Positions 43,937 to 56,925 of a stretch of DNA of 64,000 bases are shown here, one piece after another (within the stretch, counting starts at the first letter, position 1; each line of letters starts with the position of its first letter). The notes below the pieces were generated by a model. It saw only the letters and a list, made by a program, of their open reading frames with translations, made no database searches and was not told where the DNA came from. The DNA comes from an uncultured Deinococcaceae bacterium. Lineage in GTDB: Bacteria; Deinococcota; Deinococci; Deinococcales; Deinococcaceae. The stretch spans positions 123,027 through 187,026 of the forward strand of contig CAXULY010000008.1 in the NCBI GenBank assembly GCA_964252075.1. The letters run 5' to 3'. Position numbers and translations under genes: made by a program.

Positions 43937-44656
43937 ATGACTGAGAGCGGACCCTTGGAGCGCCTGTACCGTGTGCAGCAACTGGACCTCGAACTGGACC
44001 GCCTGCAGGCCGAGGAGGCACAGATTCCCGAAGCCCTGCAGAAAGCGCGCAGCGAACAGGAGCGGATCAACAACCAGCTTGAGGACGCCGAAATCGAGCT
44101 GGAGCGCGTGGAGCGGCAGGTGCGCGCCCTGGAGCTGGACCTCGCGACGGCCCGCGAGCAGGTGGCGCACGCCAAAGAGGAGCAGGAGAAGAACGCCTTC
44201 GACGCGCGCGCGCAGACGCAGTACCAGAACCGCATTCAGCAGCTCTCGGACCGCGTGACGGAGAACGAGGAGGGCCTGCTGCCGCTGTACGAGCGGCGCG
44301 ACGCTCTGCAGGCCACCGCGCAGGGCTTGCGGGACGCGCACCGCGCCTTGCGCCCGACCCTCACGGACCTTGAATCGCAGGACGAGGCGCGGGTGCAGGC
44401 GCTGCGCGAGAGCGCGCAGGGGGACCGTGACCAGCGCGCGGGCATCGCGTCCGGCATCGAGTCAAGGCTCGTGAAGGAGTACGACCACATCCGCAAATCC
44501 AAGAAGGGCATCGGCATCGTGACCTTCGAGGGGGGGCGCTGCCAGGGCTGCAACGTGAACCTGCCCGTGAACGTGCAGCAGCGCGCCGCGACGGGCCGCC
44601 TGCCCGCGCAGAAGTGCCCGTCGTGCGGGCGTTTCCTCGTGAAGCTGCACGCCTGA
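43937..44656 (+). CDS. Coiled-coil protein with C4 zinc ribbon (CT398-like)
   Basis: Long coiled coil, CQGC...CPSCGR. Confidence 0.85.
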   Translation: MTESGPLERLYRVQQLDLELDRLQAEEAQIPEALQKARSEQERINNQLEDAEIELERVERQVRALELDLATAREQVAHAKEEQEKNAFDARAQTQYQNRIQQLSDRVTENEEGLLPLYERRDALQATAQGLRDAHRALRPTLTDLESQDEARVQALRESAQGDRDQRAGIASGIESRLVKEYDHIRKSKKGIGIVTFEGGRCQGCNVNLPVNVQQRAATGRLPAQKCPSCGRFLVKLHA

Positions 44657-44713
44657 TCGTTCAAACGTGAACGCGCGCCCCGAACATGCGGGGCGCGCGT
44701 TTCGCGTGGCGCT

Positions 44714-45100
44714 TCAGTCCTGCCGCGCGCACTCCGGGCACAGGCCGAACAGCGTGATCTCGTGCGCTTCCACCACGAAACCGCCCGGCACCTCCACGTT
44801 CGGCAGGGCCTTCAGGGGGCAGTGGTCGAGGTCGAACACGCGGCCGCACGCGCGGCACGCGAAGTGATGGTGATGGCCGAGGTCGGCGGCCTCGAACCGC
44901 GACTCCCCGCCGAGGTTCACGGCGCGCACGCGGCCCTGCTCCGCGAGCAGCTTCAGGGTGCGGTACACCGTCGCGACGCCCAGGCTGGGCAGGTCGTGCT
45001 GCGCGCGCACCAGCAGTTCCGGCACGCTCAGCGGCCCCTCGGCGCGCGAGATCACGCCGAGGATCGCTTCACGCTGGCGGGTCTGACGGGCACCGGTCAT
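44714..45100 (-). CDS. Fur family regulator
   Basis: [28 protein letters not shown]. Confidence 0.92.
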   Translation of the reverse strand: MTGARQTRQREAILGVISRAEGPLSVPELLVRAQHDLPSLGVATVYRTLKLLAEQGRVRAVNLGGESRFEAADLGHHHHFACRACGRVFDLDHCPLKALPNVEVPGGFVVEAHEITLFGLCPECARQD

Positions 45101-45155
45101 GCCCACAGGCTAGCAGAGACCCCGCGCGCGCGGCATCCGCTCTATACTTGCCGCC

Positions 45156-45626
45156 ATGACCGACCTCCAGCGCATTGTGGCCGCCCTCAAGGGGGACGGC
45201 TTTGAGATTGAGACGGTGGAGGACGGCGCGCTGGTCAAGACGAATGGTGGCCGCGTGGCGCTGTTCGCGCAGCACGAGGAGGAGGGCGTGCTGGTGCGCC
45301 TGCACCTCGACCTGGACCTCTACGTGGACGAGGACGCGCTCAGCGAGGTCCTGCTCGGCGTGAACATGCTGAATTCCTCCGTGGACCACGGGTGCCTCGT
45401 GCTGGAACCCGTGGACGACAGCGACGACGATGACGAGGACGACGCGCCGGGCGACGCCTCGGACACCAACCTGACCTTCGCGGTGCTGGGGCGCTCCACC
45501 CTGATGCTCGACGACCTGAGCGCGCCGGAGATCGCGCGCCTCACGCGGCACCTGCGGCGCTTCGAGACGGAACTCACGGAAGCCGTGGAGCGCACCCTGC
45601 ACGGCAGCGGCGGCCTGAAAGCCTGA
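45156..45626 (+). CDS. Acidic hypothetical protein
   Basis: TATACT before ATG; terminator follows; Asp-rich tract. Confidence 0.75.
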   Translation: MTDLQRIVAALKGDGFEIETVEDGALVKTNGGRVALFAQHEEEGVLVRLHLDLDLYVDEDALSEVLLGVNMLNSSVDHGCLVLEPVDDSDDDDEDDAPGDASDTNLTFAVLGRSTLMLDDLSAPEIARLTRHLRRFETELTEAVERTLHGSGGLKA

Positions 45627-45637
45627 GGGCGCACGCG

Positions 45638-45668
45638 AAGGCCCCCGGCGCGCGCCGGGGGCCTTTTT
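45638..45668 (+). terminator. Intrinsic terminator
   Basis: AAGGCCCCCGGCG...CGCCGGGGGCCTT followed by T-tract. Confidence 0.8.
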
Positions 45669-45678
45669 GCGGTCCGGT

Positions 45679-46686
45679 TTACTTCCCGGCGGTCGCGGTG
45701 GGGGCGCCCACGCGGTCGGCGTACACGCGCGCGCCGAGCTTCCCGATCTGCGCGTCCAGGTACTTCTGCGCGGCGTCCGCAGCGAGCGTGTCGCGAATGC
45801 CGGTCGCGGCGTCCGCGAGGGCGGGCACGCCGCCCGCCGTGCGCTTCGTCACGACGATCAGGTGGTAGCCGTACTCGGTCTTCACCTGCTGCACCTGATT
45901 CAGCGGGCCCGTGAAGGCGGCCTTGTCGAACTCCGCGACGGTGTCGCCGGGCGCGATGCAGCCCAGGTCGCCGCCCTGGTCCTTGCTGCCGGGGTCCTGC
46001 GAGTACTGCTTGGCGAGCGCCGCGAAGTCCCCGCCCGCCGCGAGCTGATCCGCGATTTTCTTCGCGGTGGCTTCGTCCGCCACCAGGATGTGCTTCGCGC
46101 ACGCCTCGGCCTGCGTGGCGAGCTTGGACTTGTTGATGGTGTAGTAGCCTGCCACGATGGCGTCCCCGAACTTGAAGCGGCCCTTGAGGCTGTCGAGGTA
46201 CGCGTTGTACGTGAGGCTCTCGTTGAGCGCCGCGCGGTACGCGGCTTCATCCGCGAAGCCCGCGTTCTGCAGCGCCGACTGGAAGTCCGCGTCGTTGTCG
46301 AAGCCTTCCTTGGAGGACTGCACGCGAGCGTCCACCTCGGTGGCGTCCGGCTTCACGCCCGACTTCTGCGCCAGCTGCAGCACCGCGCGCTGCCGCGCGA
46401 TCTGGTTCAGGATCTCGCCGCGGTACGGCGCGAAGCTCGCGAGGATCTCATCGCTGTACGGCACGCCCTGCGACGCCACGGCGCGCGACACGTACGCCTT
46501 GAACTGCGTCTCGAAATCACCGAGCGTGATGGTCTCCGACCCCACCTGCGCGACCACGGTGCTGGGGTCGGCGGCGGGGGCCGCGGGGGCGGTCGCGGCG
46601 GGCGCAGCGGGCTGTGCGGGCGTGGCCGTCTGAGCGACGGCGAAGCTGCCGAGCAACAGCGCGGCGCTGACAATCAAGGCTTTCAC
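45679..46686 (-). CDS. Exported parvulin-type PPIase (PrsA/SurA-like)
   Basis: Signal peptide; HILV, FAALAKQYSQD.GS...GGDLG, YGYHLI. Confidence 0.9.
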   Translation of the reverse strand: MKALIVSAALLLGSFAVAQTATPAQPAAPAATAPAAPAADPSTVVAQVGSETITLGDFETQFKAYVSRAVASQGVPYSDEILASFAPYRGEILNQIARQRAVLQLAQKSGVKPDATEVDARVQSSKEGFDNDADFQSALQNAGFADEAAYRAALNESLTYNAYLDSLKGRFKFGDAIVAGYYTINKSKLATQAEACAKHILVADEATAKKIADQLAAGGDFAALAKQYSQDPGSKDQGGDLGCIAPGDTVAEFDKAAFTGPLNQVQQVKTEYGYHLIVVTKRTAGGVPALADAATGIRDTLAADAAQKYLDAQIGKLGARVYADRVGAPTATAGK

Positions 46687-46806
46687 GTCCTCACGATAGC
46701 GCACGGCACGTGATAAGCCCTGAAGCGCGCATCAACGCACTGGGGGGCCACCCTCACGTTGGGCTGACCTCGGGGCGCGCGGGGCGCACCTGCTAGAATC
46801 CCCCTC

Positions 46807-47856
46807 GTGCCGCTGAAACTCGACCTCGCCACCGACCCGCACGCCTTCGACGCCGTGGTGCGCGACCTGCCCATCACGAGCCCCCTGCAGGGCTGGGGGT
46901 ACGGGGAGGCGCGGCGGGTGCTGGGCCAGGCGCCCATGCGGTACTTCATCCGGGACGGCAGCCGCACGGTGGGCGCCGTGCAGCTCCTGCGCAAGCCGCT
47001 CGTGGCGGGCATGAGCAGCCTGTACGCGCCGCGCGGCCCGGCGCTGGAGCGCGCGGACCTCCTGCCGGACGTGGCGGGCGCCCTGCGCGCCGCCGCCCGG
47101 CCCGGCGACCTGTACCTGAAGGCGGAGGTGCCCGTCCCGTACCCGGAGGGCGAACGGGGCGCCATTCCCGAGGCGATCGGGCCGTGGCAGCGCGCGGAGA
47201 CCGAGCAGCCGGAGCACACCATCCTCGCGGACCTCACGCGCACGGAGGCCGAACTCTTCGCGGGCCTGCACAGCATGGCGCGGCGCAACGTGCGCGCCGC
47301 GCAGAAGAACGGCGTGGTGGCGGGCCGCGACGAGGACTTCGAGGCCTTCTGGGCGATCTTCACGGCCACGAACGAGCGCGCGAGCCTTGGCGCCTTCCCG
47401 CGGGCTTACTACGAGGCCATGCTGCGCGAGGGGAACCGCTACGGCGGCGAGGCGTACCTCGTGCTCGCGCGCCACGAGGGGCGCGCGCTGGCGGGCGGGT
47501 TCTTCCTAGCGATGGGGGAGGGCACCGCGTACCTGTTCGGCGGGAGCGTGCGCGACGACCGTGAGGGCGCGAAGGACGTGAAGGCGCCGGACGCCTTCTA
47601 CTGGAACGCCATGCTGGACGCCCGCGCGCGCGGCTACAAGGTCTTCGACTTCTGGGGCATCCCGCGCGACCTGAGCGAGGAGAAGCACAGCTTTGGCGTG
47701 TACCGCATGAAACTGAAGTTCAGTGACCAGACGGTGTGGTACCCGGCGTACCAGCTGGCGCTCAGCCCGCTCGCGCCCGCCGTGGTGAAGGCCCTGCGCT
47801 GGCGCAAGGACCGCAACAACCTGCGCCGCCGCGGCACCACCCAGGACGTGCTGTAA
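46807..47856 (+). CDS. FemAB/FemX-family peptidoglycan bridge aminoacyltransferase
   Basis: LQ.W.YGE, YAPRGP, RRNVR.A.K.GV, FDFWGI, GVYRMK.KF. Confidence 0.9.
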   Translation: MPLKLDLATDPHAFDAVVRDLPITSPLQGWGYGEARRVLGQAPMRYFIRDGSRTVGAVQLLRKPLVAGMSSLYAPRGPALERADLLPDVAGALRAAARPGDLYLKAEVPVPYPEGERGAIPEAIGPWQRAETEQPEHTILADLTRTEAELFAGLHSMARRNVRAAQKNGVVAGRDEDFEAFWAIFTATNERASLGAFPRAYYEAMLREGNRYGGEAYLVLARHEGRALAGGFFLAMGEGTAYLFGGSVRDDREGAKDVKAPDAFYWNAMLDARARGYKVFDFWGIPRDLSEEKHSFGVYRMKLKFSDQTVWYPAYQLALSPLAPAVVKALRWRKDRNNLRRRGTTQDVL

Positions 47857-47862
47857 CACCCG

Positions 47863-48222
47863 TCACGACAGCAGGGTGAACAGCAGCGCCAGCGCGCCGG
47901 GCAGCGCCTGCACCAGCAGGATGCGGCGGCCCGCCGTGAAGCCGCCGTACACCCCGGCCACCAGCACGCATGCGGAGAAGAACACCTTCAGCGGGTGCGC
48001 GAGCGGCGCGGGCGCCAGCAGGGACCACAGCAGGCCCGCCACCAGGAAGCCGTTGTACAGGCCCTGGTTGCCCGCCAGCACGCGCGTCGCCTGCGCGAAC
48101 TCCGGGGTGGTGCCGAAGGCCGCCCGGGCGCGCGGCGTGGTCCACAGGGCCATCTCCAGCACCACGATGTACACGTGAATGAGGAGCAGCAGCACGATCA
48201 GGATGGTCGCCAGGACGCTCAT
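47863..48222 (-). CDS. DUF1304 membrane protein
   Basis: HVYI..LEM, NQGLYNGFL, QALP. Confidence 0.88.
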   Translation of the reverse strand: MSVLATILIVLLLLIHVYIVVLEMALWTTPRARAAFGTTPEFAQATRVLAGNQGLYNGFLVAGLLWSLLAPAPLAHPLKVFFSACVLVAGVYGGFTAGRRILLVQALPGALALLFTLLS

Positions 48223-48247
48223 CCCAGCGTCATACCACGGCTGAGCT

Positions 48248-48778
48248 TCAGTTGAAGAGCGGCAGGTGCCCCAGCGCGATCACCTCGGGACGCTCGGCGC
48301 CCTCCGTGAACACCGCGAGCACCGCCGTGACGGTGCCACCCACCTCCGCGATGATCTCCTCCAGGCTCGCGAGCGTGCCGCCGCTGGACACCACATCGTC
48401 CACGATCGCGACCTTGCGCCCGCGCACCTTCTCCACGTCGTGCCCGTCCATCACCAGCAGTTGCGGCTTGCCGGTCGTGATGGAGATCACCTCGCGCGCG
48501 ACGGGCTGCACCATGTACGGCTTCTGCGTCTTGCGGATCACGATGTACGGCTTGCCGCTCTCCCGCGCGATCACGTGCGCGAGGCCCAGCGCCTTCACTT
48601 CCGGCGTGACCAGCACGTCCACGTCCGCCGGGAGGCGCCGCGCGAGCGCCTTGCCCGCCGACTCCGTCACCTCGGCGTCCCCCAACATGTTGAAAAGGGC
48701 GACACTCACGCCCGGCGCGACCTCCACCACGGGCAGTTCGCGCGTGACGCCGCCCACATCCACGGTATGACTCTTCAC
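48248..48778 (-). CDS. Type I phosphoribosyltransferase (APRT-like)
   Basis: PRPP loop [16 protein letters not shown]. Confidence 0.88.
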   Translation of the reverse strand: MKSHTVDVGGVTRELPVVEVAPGVSVALFNMLGDAEVTESAGKALARRLPADVDVLVTPEVKALGLAHVIARESGKPYIVIRKTQKPYMVQPVAREVISITTGKPQLLVMDGHDVEKVRGRKVAIVDDVVSSGGTLASLEEIIAEVGGTVTAVLAVFTEGAERPEVIALGHLPLFN

Positions 48779-48801
48779 CGGAAGATTGTACGGCAGGCGC
48801 G

Positions 48802-49656
48802 TCAGGACGGGCGCGCGAGCTCCACCGCCCAGCCCAGGCCAGACGCCACCCCGTACCGCCGCGCAAAATTCCCCTGGTTCACGCCAATCGCCGCGTGCAG
48901 CAGGCTGTTCACGTACACGAGCGCCTGACCGGGCGGCACCTGCCCGAAGGCGTGCGCGAACGGCAGCACCTCCCGGAACACCACCTCGCCGCTGTGCCGG
49001 ACTGTGACGGAGAGCGTGTCACCGTACCGCGCGCCGAGGTCCTGCAGGAGGTGCAGCGGCACGTTCGTCCAGGCGTTCCCGTAATTCACGTCCAGCACCG
49101 GGATGTGCCCGTGCAACGCGCCACCCTCCAGCCGCGCGGGTGGGCTGTCCACCGTCACGAGCGGCGCGGTGAGGGGCCGCCCGAGGTCCTCCATAGTCAC
49201 CTGCCCGCTCGCGAGGCGCGCACCGACGTACGCGTACAGGTCGCGGCCCAGGAAGGTGTAGCTCGCCTCGGAGCCCGGCAGGCGCTGCTGGGTTTCGTCC
49301 ATCTCGATGGCGGCGTCCAGGCCGTCGCGCGCGATCACCTGCGTGAGCAGGCCATTGTCGGGGTTCACGAACACCTGCCCGCGCCCCGAACGCACCGCGA
49401 CGGAGCGCCGCGCGGTGCCCACGCCGGGGTCCACGACGCTCACGAAGACCGTGCCTTCCGGCCAGTACCCGGCGCCCTGCAGCAGGCGGTACGCGCCCTC
49501 CCACACGTCGAAGGGCGGGATGTCGTGCGTGAGGTCGAAGAGGGGCACGGTGGCGCTCACGCCGAGCGCCACGCCTTTCATCGCGGCCACCGCAGCGTCG
49601 CGCAGGCCGAAATCCGTCATGAACACCAGGGGCCGCACACGCTGCGTCATCACCAT
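48802..49656 (-). CDS. SAM hydrolase/halogenase family (DUF62)
   Basis: TDFG, VVDPGVG, PDNGLL, TF.GRD, YGN..TN. Confidence 0.9.
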   Translation of the reverse strand: MVMTQRVRPLVFMTDFGLRDAAVAAMKGVALGVSATVPLFDLTHDIPPFDVWEGAYRLLQGAGYWPEGTVFVSVVDPGVGTARRSVAVRSGRGQVFVNPDNGLLTQVIARDGLDAAIEMDETQQRLPGSEASYTFLGRDLYAYVGARLASGQVTMEDLGRPLTAPLVTVDSPPARLEGGALHGHIPVLDVNYGNAWTNVPLHLLQDLGARYGDTLSVTVRHSGEVVFREVLPFAHAFGQVPPGQALVYVNSLLHAAIGVNQGNFARRYGVASGLGWAVELARPS

Positions 49657-49662
49657 CAAGGG

Positions 49663-50167
49663 TCAGCTTACGGGAGCGCGCGGGGTGGGCGGCCGGGCCT
49701 GTCTCGTCACGGCGGCGAGCACCGCGTCCGCGACCTCACCGGGCGTGCACCCCACCGGGCGTGCACCCCACCGGGCGTGCACCCCTCGGTGGGCAGGTGC
49801 GCGCCGAACCCGGGCCGGGTGAGGGCGCCCAGGCCGCGCTCCAGCTGCGCGGCGGGCCAGGAGTCCGGGCCGTCCCCACGCGTCTGCAAGCGCTCCAGCA
49901 TCACCTCGCTCGAAGCGAGCAGGCTGAAGTGATGCACGGGCACCGCCGAGCCCCGCAGGCCACCCACGATCCGCGCATGGTGCGCGGGGTTCACGAGCGT
50001 CATGGGCACGATGACGGGGCCGGGATGGCGCGCGGCGGGGTGAGGTGGCGCAGCATGACCCCCACCACTTCCGGGCCCACGATGTGGCTGCCCGGCAGCC
50101 GCGACTGCACCTCACGCGCGGTGCGGGTTTTGCCCACGCCGAAAGGACCGTTCAGCCAGATCAGCAC
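49663..50167 (-). pseudogene. Broken P-loop kinase (TmrB/AAA_33-like)
   Basis: VLIWLNGPFGVGKT in frame A; PMTLV...HHFSLLAS...ERL in frame B; TPGEVADAVL in frame C. Confidence 0.75.
49737..49784. repeat. Perfect 3 x 16-bp tandem repeat (CACCGGGCGTGCACCC)
   Basis: Units at 49737, 49753, 49769. Confidence 0.95.
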
Positions 50168-50213
50168 GGGTCGAGCATACCAGCGCGGATGGCTTTTCAA
50201 ACGATAGACTCTT

Positions 50214-50241
50214 TTGCACTTTGCTTTACGTCTGTTATTCT
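50214..50241 (+). promoter_or_regulatory. Sigma70-type promoter of lysZ (probably leaderless)
   Basis: TTGCAC (50214) and TATTCT (50236), 7 nt before ATG. Confidence 0.6.
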
Positions 50242-50248
50242 CCACCGC

Positions 50249-51052
<804 letters not shown>

Positions 51053-51127
51053 CGGGCGCCCGCCGCGCACCTTACTGAAACGCACACACAGCGCGTCCGC
51101 GCGGGCCACGCCACGCATACTGCGGGC

Positions 51128-51352
51128 ATGAACGACGACGCCTTTGTCCAGGCCCGGAAGGACGCCCGCGACGCCTACGAAGCCGAACGCAATCGCGGGC
51201 AGACGCACGACGCCGCCGCCGACACCGCCACCCGCCTGTTCCACGAGCGGGTGGACGCGGCGGGCGCCACCGGCAAGAAACGCGAGGACCTCCTGCAGGC
51301 GTTCAGCAACGACATCGTGCAGCTCGGGGACGCCTGGGCGCCCCGCCGCTGA
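51128..51352 (+). CDS. Small hypothetical protein
   Basis: 74 aa ORF; CATACT upstream; genome-like codon usage. Confidence 0.6.
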   Translation: MNDDAFVQARKDARDAYEAERNRGQTHDAAADTATRLFHERVDAAGATGKKREDLLQAFSNDIVQLGDAWAPRR

Positions 51353-51377
51353 CCCACCCCTTCACCTGAGGGGCCGC

Positions 51378-52475
51378 TCAGCCGCGTCCGCGCGTCTCGA
51401 AGCCCGTGCGCTCCAGCAGCGCGCGGGCGCTGGACACGTCCTCCGGTGACTCCAGGCCGAGGCGCAGCGCGCCGCCCTGCTCGCGCACCGCGAGCACCTC
51501 GATGTCCTTGATGTTGATGCCCGCCGACCCGAGCGCCTGCGTGATGAGGCCCAGCTGGTTCGGTCGGTCCGGCATCAGCACGATCAGGTCGTGCTTGGGG
51601 GGCAGCAGGCTGCGGCGCACGATGGGCAGGTTGTCGCGCGTGCGTTTGCTCTCGCCCGCCGCCGCGAGCAGCTCGTCGGGCTCGTCGAGCTGCGCGTCCA
51701 GCTGATCGAGTTCCCGCCGGAAGCGCGCGATGGCCTCGCGCAGCGCCGATTTGTTCTCCACCACCATGTCGCGGCTCATGCGGGGGTCGCCGCTCGCGAC
51801 GCGCGTGAGGTCCCGGAAGCCGCCCGCCGCGAGGAGGGCGAGGCGCTCGTCGCGCGCCACCATGTGCGTGAGCGCGAGGCTCGCGAGGTACGGGAGGTGA
51901 CTCACGGTCGCCACGAGCGAGTCGTGCGCCTCGGGCGGCATCACCACGGGCGCTGCGCCGAGCGCCTCCACCAGCGCCCGCATGCGCGAGAGGGCCGTGA
52001 GGGGCGTCTGCTCGGTGGGGGTGAGCACCCACGCGGCGTTCTCCAGCAGCGCCGCCTGCGCGTTCGCGACGCCACCGCGCTCGCTGCCCGCCATGGGGTG
52101 GCCCGGCACGAAGTTCCGCACGCCGAGTGCCTCCAGCGCGTGCGACACGGGCACCTTCACGCTCCCCACGTCCGTCACGAGCGCGCCCGGCGCGAGGTGC
52201 GGGACGACCTCGGCGGCCACGGTGGGCAGCAGCGCGACGGGCACGGCCAGCACCACGAGGTCCGCGCTCGCGAGCCACGCGCCGGCGGCGGTGCGGGCCT
52301 CGTCAATCACGCCGCGCGCCACCGCGAGTTCCAGGGTGTCGGCGCTGGCGTCCAGCCCGATCACGTGGTCCGCGAGACCGCGCTCCCTGAGTCCCAGCGC
52401 CACGCTGCCCCCGATCAGGCCGACGCCCACCACCACCGCCCGCTTCACCGCACCCTGTGCTCCCGCCTCCGGCAT
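51378..52475 (-). CDS. tyrA: Prephenate/arogenate dehydrogenase with C-terminal ACT domain
   Basis: GVGLIGGS, TDVGSVK, GHPMAGSE, SHLP, GFRDLTRVA, PDRP..LG. Confidence 0.93.
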   Translation of the reverse strand: MPEAGAQGAVKRAVVVGVGLIGGSVALGLRERGLADHVIGLDASADTLELAVARGVIDEARTAAGAWLASADLVVLAVPVALLPTVAAEVVPHLAPGALVTDVGSVKVPVSHALEALGVRNFVPGHPMAGSERGGVANAQAALLENAAWVLTPTEQTPLTALSRMRALVEALGAAPVVMPPEAHDSLVATVSHLPYLASLALTHMVARDERLALLAAGGFRDLTRVASGDPRMSRDMVVENKSALREAIARFRRELDQLDAQLDEPDELLAAAGESKRTRDNLPIVRRSLLPPKHDLIVLMPDRPNQLGLITQALGSAGINIKDIEVLAVREQGGALRLGLESPEDVSSARALLERTGFETRGRG

Positions 52476-52557
52476 GGGTGCCACGCTAGCACGGTCCGTC
52501 CGTCGCGGCAGAAGGGTCGCACAGGCAGGTCAAAAAGATATACCTTGGTACATAGGT

Positions 52558-52836
52558 ATGAAAGACAACCTTGACAGCGTACCGGTGAAGAGCGTCGAGC
52601 GGGTGCAGACGGGCGTCCGCATCGAGCGGCGCCTCCTGAAGGTCCTGAAGGGGCTCGCGGAGTACCACGACCTGAGCCTCGGAGACCTGCTGGAAGGCAT
52701 CGCCCTGCACGTGCTGGAGGGCCGCCGGCCCTTCGGGCCGGACACCCTGGACCGCGCCCGGCAACTCGCTCAGGTGTACGGCCTGGACCTCACCGCCGCA
52801 GACAGCCACCGACTCACGGAACGCCCGCATGAATGA
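52558..52836 (+). CDS. Small hypothetical protein, RHH-like DNA-binding candidate
   Basis: RVQTGVRIERRLLKVLKGLAEYHDLSLGDLLEGIA. Confidence 0.7.
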   Translation: MKDNLDSVPVKSVERVQTGVRIERRLLKVLKGLAEYHDLSLGDLLEGIALHVLEGRRPFGPDTLDRARQLAQVYGLDLTAADSHRLTERPHE

Positions 52837-53212
52837 CACCGACCAGGACCTGCTGCACACCTGCCTCAACGCGCACGGCCGCTTCAGTCACGCGGCGCAC
52901 GTGCACTTCACGTGGCTGCTTCTGGACCGCCACCCGGTGCTGGAGGCGCTGGCGCGCCTGCGGGCAGCCCTCCAGCACCTCGCGGCGGAACACGGGCAGC
53001 CACAGCGGTACCACGAGACCCTCACCGTGGCGTCCTTCCTGTTGGTGCTGGACCGCCGCGCCCGGTCACCCGGAACGAACTGGGAGGATTTTGTCGCCCG
53101 GAACCCGGACCTGCTGGACGCGGCGCGCACCCGACTGGTCCTCGCCGACGCGTACCCGGGCGAGCGGCTGAACTCGCCGCTCGCCCGCGCGCAGTTCGTG
53201 CCGCCCGCCTAG
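52829..53212 (+). CDS. Hypothetical protein with FxHxxH and YHET motifs
   Basis: [28 protein letters not shown]; 8-nt overlap with the upstream gene. Confidence 0.72.
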   Translation: MNDTDQDLLHTCLNAHGRFSHAAHVHFTWLLLDRHPVLEALARLRAALQHLAAEHGQPQRYHETLTVASFLLVLDRRARSPGTNWEDFVARNPDLLDAARTRLVLADAYPGERLNSPLARAQFVPPA

Positions 53213-53748
53213 ATGTACGAGGGCAGCGCCTCCAGGTACCGCACCTCGAAGCTCGGGTTGCCCTGCCGGAACGCGGACACGAAACCCGTCAGGGTGCCGC
53301 CCGCGCGCGCGAGCAGGCGCGCGAGCGCCTCGGCGGTGCCGCCACTGGACACCACGTCCGTCAGCACCGCGACCTGCAGGCCGCGCAGCTTCTCCGCGTG
53401 CCGCTGGTCCAGCCACAGGGTCTCCGACACGCCCAGCGTGAGGCCACCGACTTCCTGAATCAGCGGGTTGTGCATGTACGTGCGGCGCTTCTTGCGCGCC
53501 ACCACGTACGGCAGCCCACTCTGCGCGGACACCTCGTGCGCGAGCGGCACGCTGTTCGTCACGACCGTCAGGAGCGCCTGCGTGCCCTCCGGGATGAGGG
53601 GCAGCAGCGCGCCCGCCGCGGCGCGCGTGAACTCCGTGTCCCCAATGAACTCCACGAGCGGCACGCGCCCCATCTCGCCCACCTGCACGCTGGGCAGTTC
53701 GCGCGTCACGCCACCAACCGTCACGGTCACACTCTCCATGACCGCCAT
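53209..53748 (-). CDS. Type I phosphoribosyltransferase, paralog of 48248-48778
   Basis: [26 protein letters not shown]. Confidence 0.85.
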   Translation of the reverse strand: MAVMESVTVTVGGVTRELPSVQVGEMGRVPLVEFIGDTEFTRAAAGALLPLIPEGTQALLTVVTNSVPLAHEVSAQSGLPYVVARKKRRTYMHNPLIQEVGGLTLGVSETLWLDQRHAEKLRGLQVAVLTDVVSSGGTAEALARLLARAGGTLTGFVSAFRQGNPSFEVRYLEALPSYI

Positions 53749-53769
53749 ACTCGCACGAAGCGCCGCGCC

Positions 53770-54021
53770 TCAGCGCTGAAGGGCCACGTACACCAGCAGC
53801 GCGATCAGCGCGGCGTCAATGAACCACCCCACCGGGCGGCGCTGCGCGCGCTCCTGCCGCGCGCGCAGGAACTGCACCACCAGCCGCGCGACCAGCAGCG
53901 CCACCACCACCCACAGCGGCGGTCGGCCCAGGCCGAGCAGCGGCAGGAACAGCAGCACCGCCAGCGCGAGCAGCAGCAGCAGGCTGACGGTGGCGAGCGG
54001 CGTGGAGCGCGGCGCGTTCAT
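53770..54021 (-). CDS. Small hypothetical membrane protein (about 3 TM)
   Basis: Hydrophobic 83 aa ORF in line with its neighbours. Confidence 0.6.
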   Translation of the reverse strand: MNAPRSTPLATVSLLLLLALAVLLFLPLLGLGRPPLWVVVALLVARLVVQFLRARQERAQRRPVGWFIDAALIALLVYVALQR

Positions 54022-54046
54022 GCGGCCCCATCATAGGGCCTGAAGG

Positions 54047-54513
54047 TCAACCCACCCAGCCGAGCAGCATGGGCGGCAGGGGCCGCCCGAGCGCGCGCAG
54101 GTACACGCTGCCTTTTGCCGCGAGGACCAGCACCGTCTCCCGGTAGGTGTGGAACGTCACCTGCACGGGCGGCGCGTACCGCCCGCCGCGATCCACGGGC
54201 CGCGCGAGGTCCTCGTCACTCAGGGCGTGCAGCGCCTCCCGCAGGTCCGTGTCCAGCTGGGCGAACCACGCGCGGAGCGCCCCGAGGTCCTCCAGGCCCT
54301 GCGGGGCGGGCAGGTCGAAGCGCAGGCGGTACGCGCGGAACGCCCGCGTGTACGCCGCCTGGAAAGTCCCGTGCTCCAGCAGCAACGCCCGCACGCTGAG
54401 GGCCTCCCCACCCGGGCGGTACTCCAGGTCGGCGTCCGTGAAGGCGCCCAGCAGCTCGTCGCGCAGGCGGTGGGAGAGGCTCAGCAGCTCGTCCTGCTGC
54501 GCGGCTAGGCGGT

Positions 54514-54517
<4 letters not shown>
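54047..54517 (-). CDS. DinB/YfiT-like hypothetical protein
   Basis: GTG 54517 overlaps the glgB stop; DADL.YRP...S...LL.E...YLRALG. Confidence 0.7.
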
Positions 54518-56406
<1,889 letters not shown>

Positions 56407-56528
56407 GGCCCAAGACTACCTGCTGGGTTCGTGTGAACAGACGAAGCTAAATTCTCTCCAAAGTCCCCAAAGCTCAGGGAGGAACACTGTGTGAGAGATT
56501 TGTAAGACCCAGAGCGCATGCTGGAGGG

Positions 56529-56876
56529 ATGCGTTTTTTCGCCCTGCTGCTCTCACTCACGACCCTCGCCGTTGCCAAGCCCATGGGCGCCTCGGTGGAC
56601 CAGACGTCCGCCACCGCCGCCACACAGGCCCTCGTCCTGACGCTCGACAGCGGCGTTGCGGTGCGCGGCAAGGTCGCGCCCGCCATCCTGCCGTGCCTCA
56701 GGAGCGCGTGGCTCAGCGCCCGCAAGGGCGGCAGCCACGCCACAGTGAGCTTGTTCAGCCCGAACGGCTCGAATGTCCGGGTGGACCTGCAGCACGTGAA
56801 GGCCATGAACGTCAAGGCGGGCAAGCCCGGCTCAGCGTGCCCGAAGAACCTGCTCATCGTCTCCAGCGGCAGCTGA
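56529..56876 (+). CDS. Secreted hypothetical protein
   Basis: GGAGG RBS, signal peptide, two Cys. Confidence 0.6.
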   Translation: MRFFALLLSLTTLAVAKPMGASVDQTSATAATQALVLTLDSGVAVRGKVAPAILPCLRSAWLSARKGGSHATVSLFSPNGSNVRVDLQHVKAMNVKAGKPGSACPKNLLIVSSGS

Positions 56877-56925
56877 CCGCCGCACCGGTGAGGGCGCGCC
56901 CAGGCGCCCTCACCACCTGCGCCCC

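Noticed and set aside
49737..49784. CRISPR-like array
   Set aside because: The 16-bp units are directly adjacent with no spacers, and there are no cas genes.
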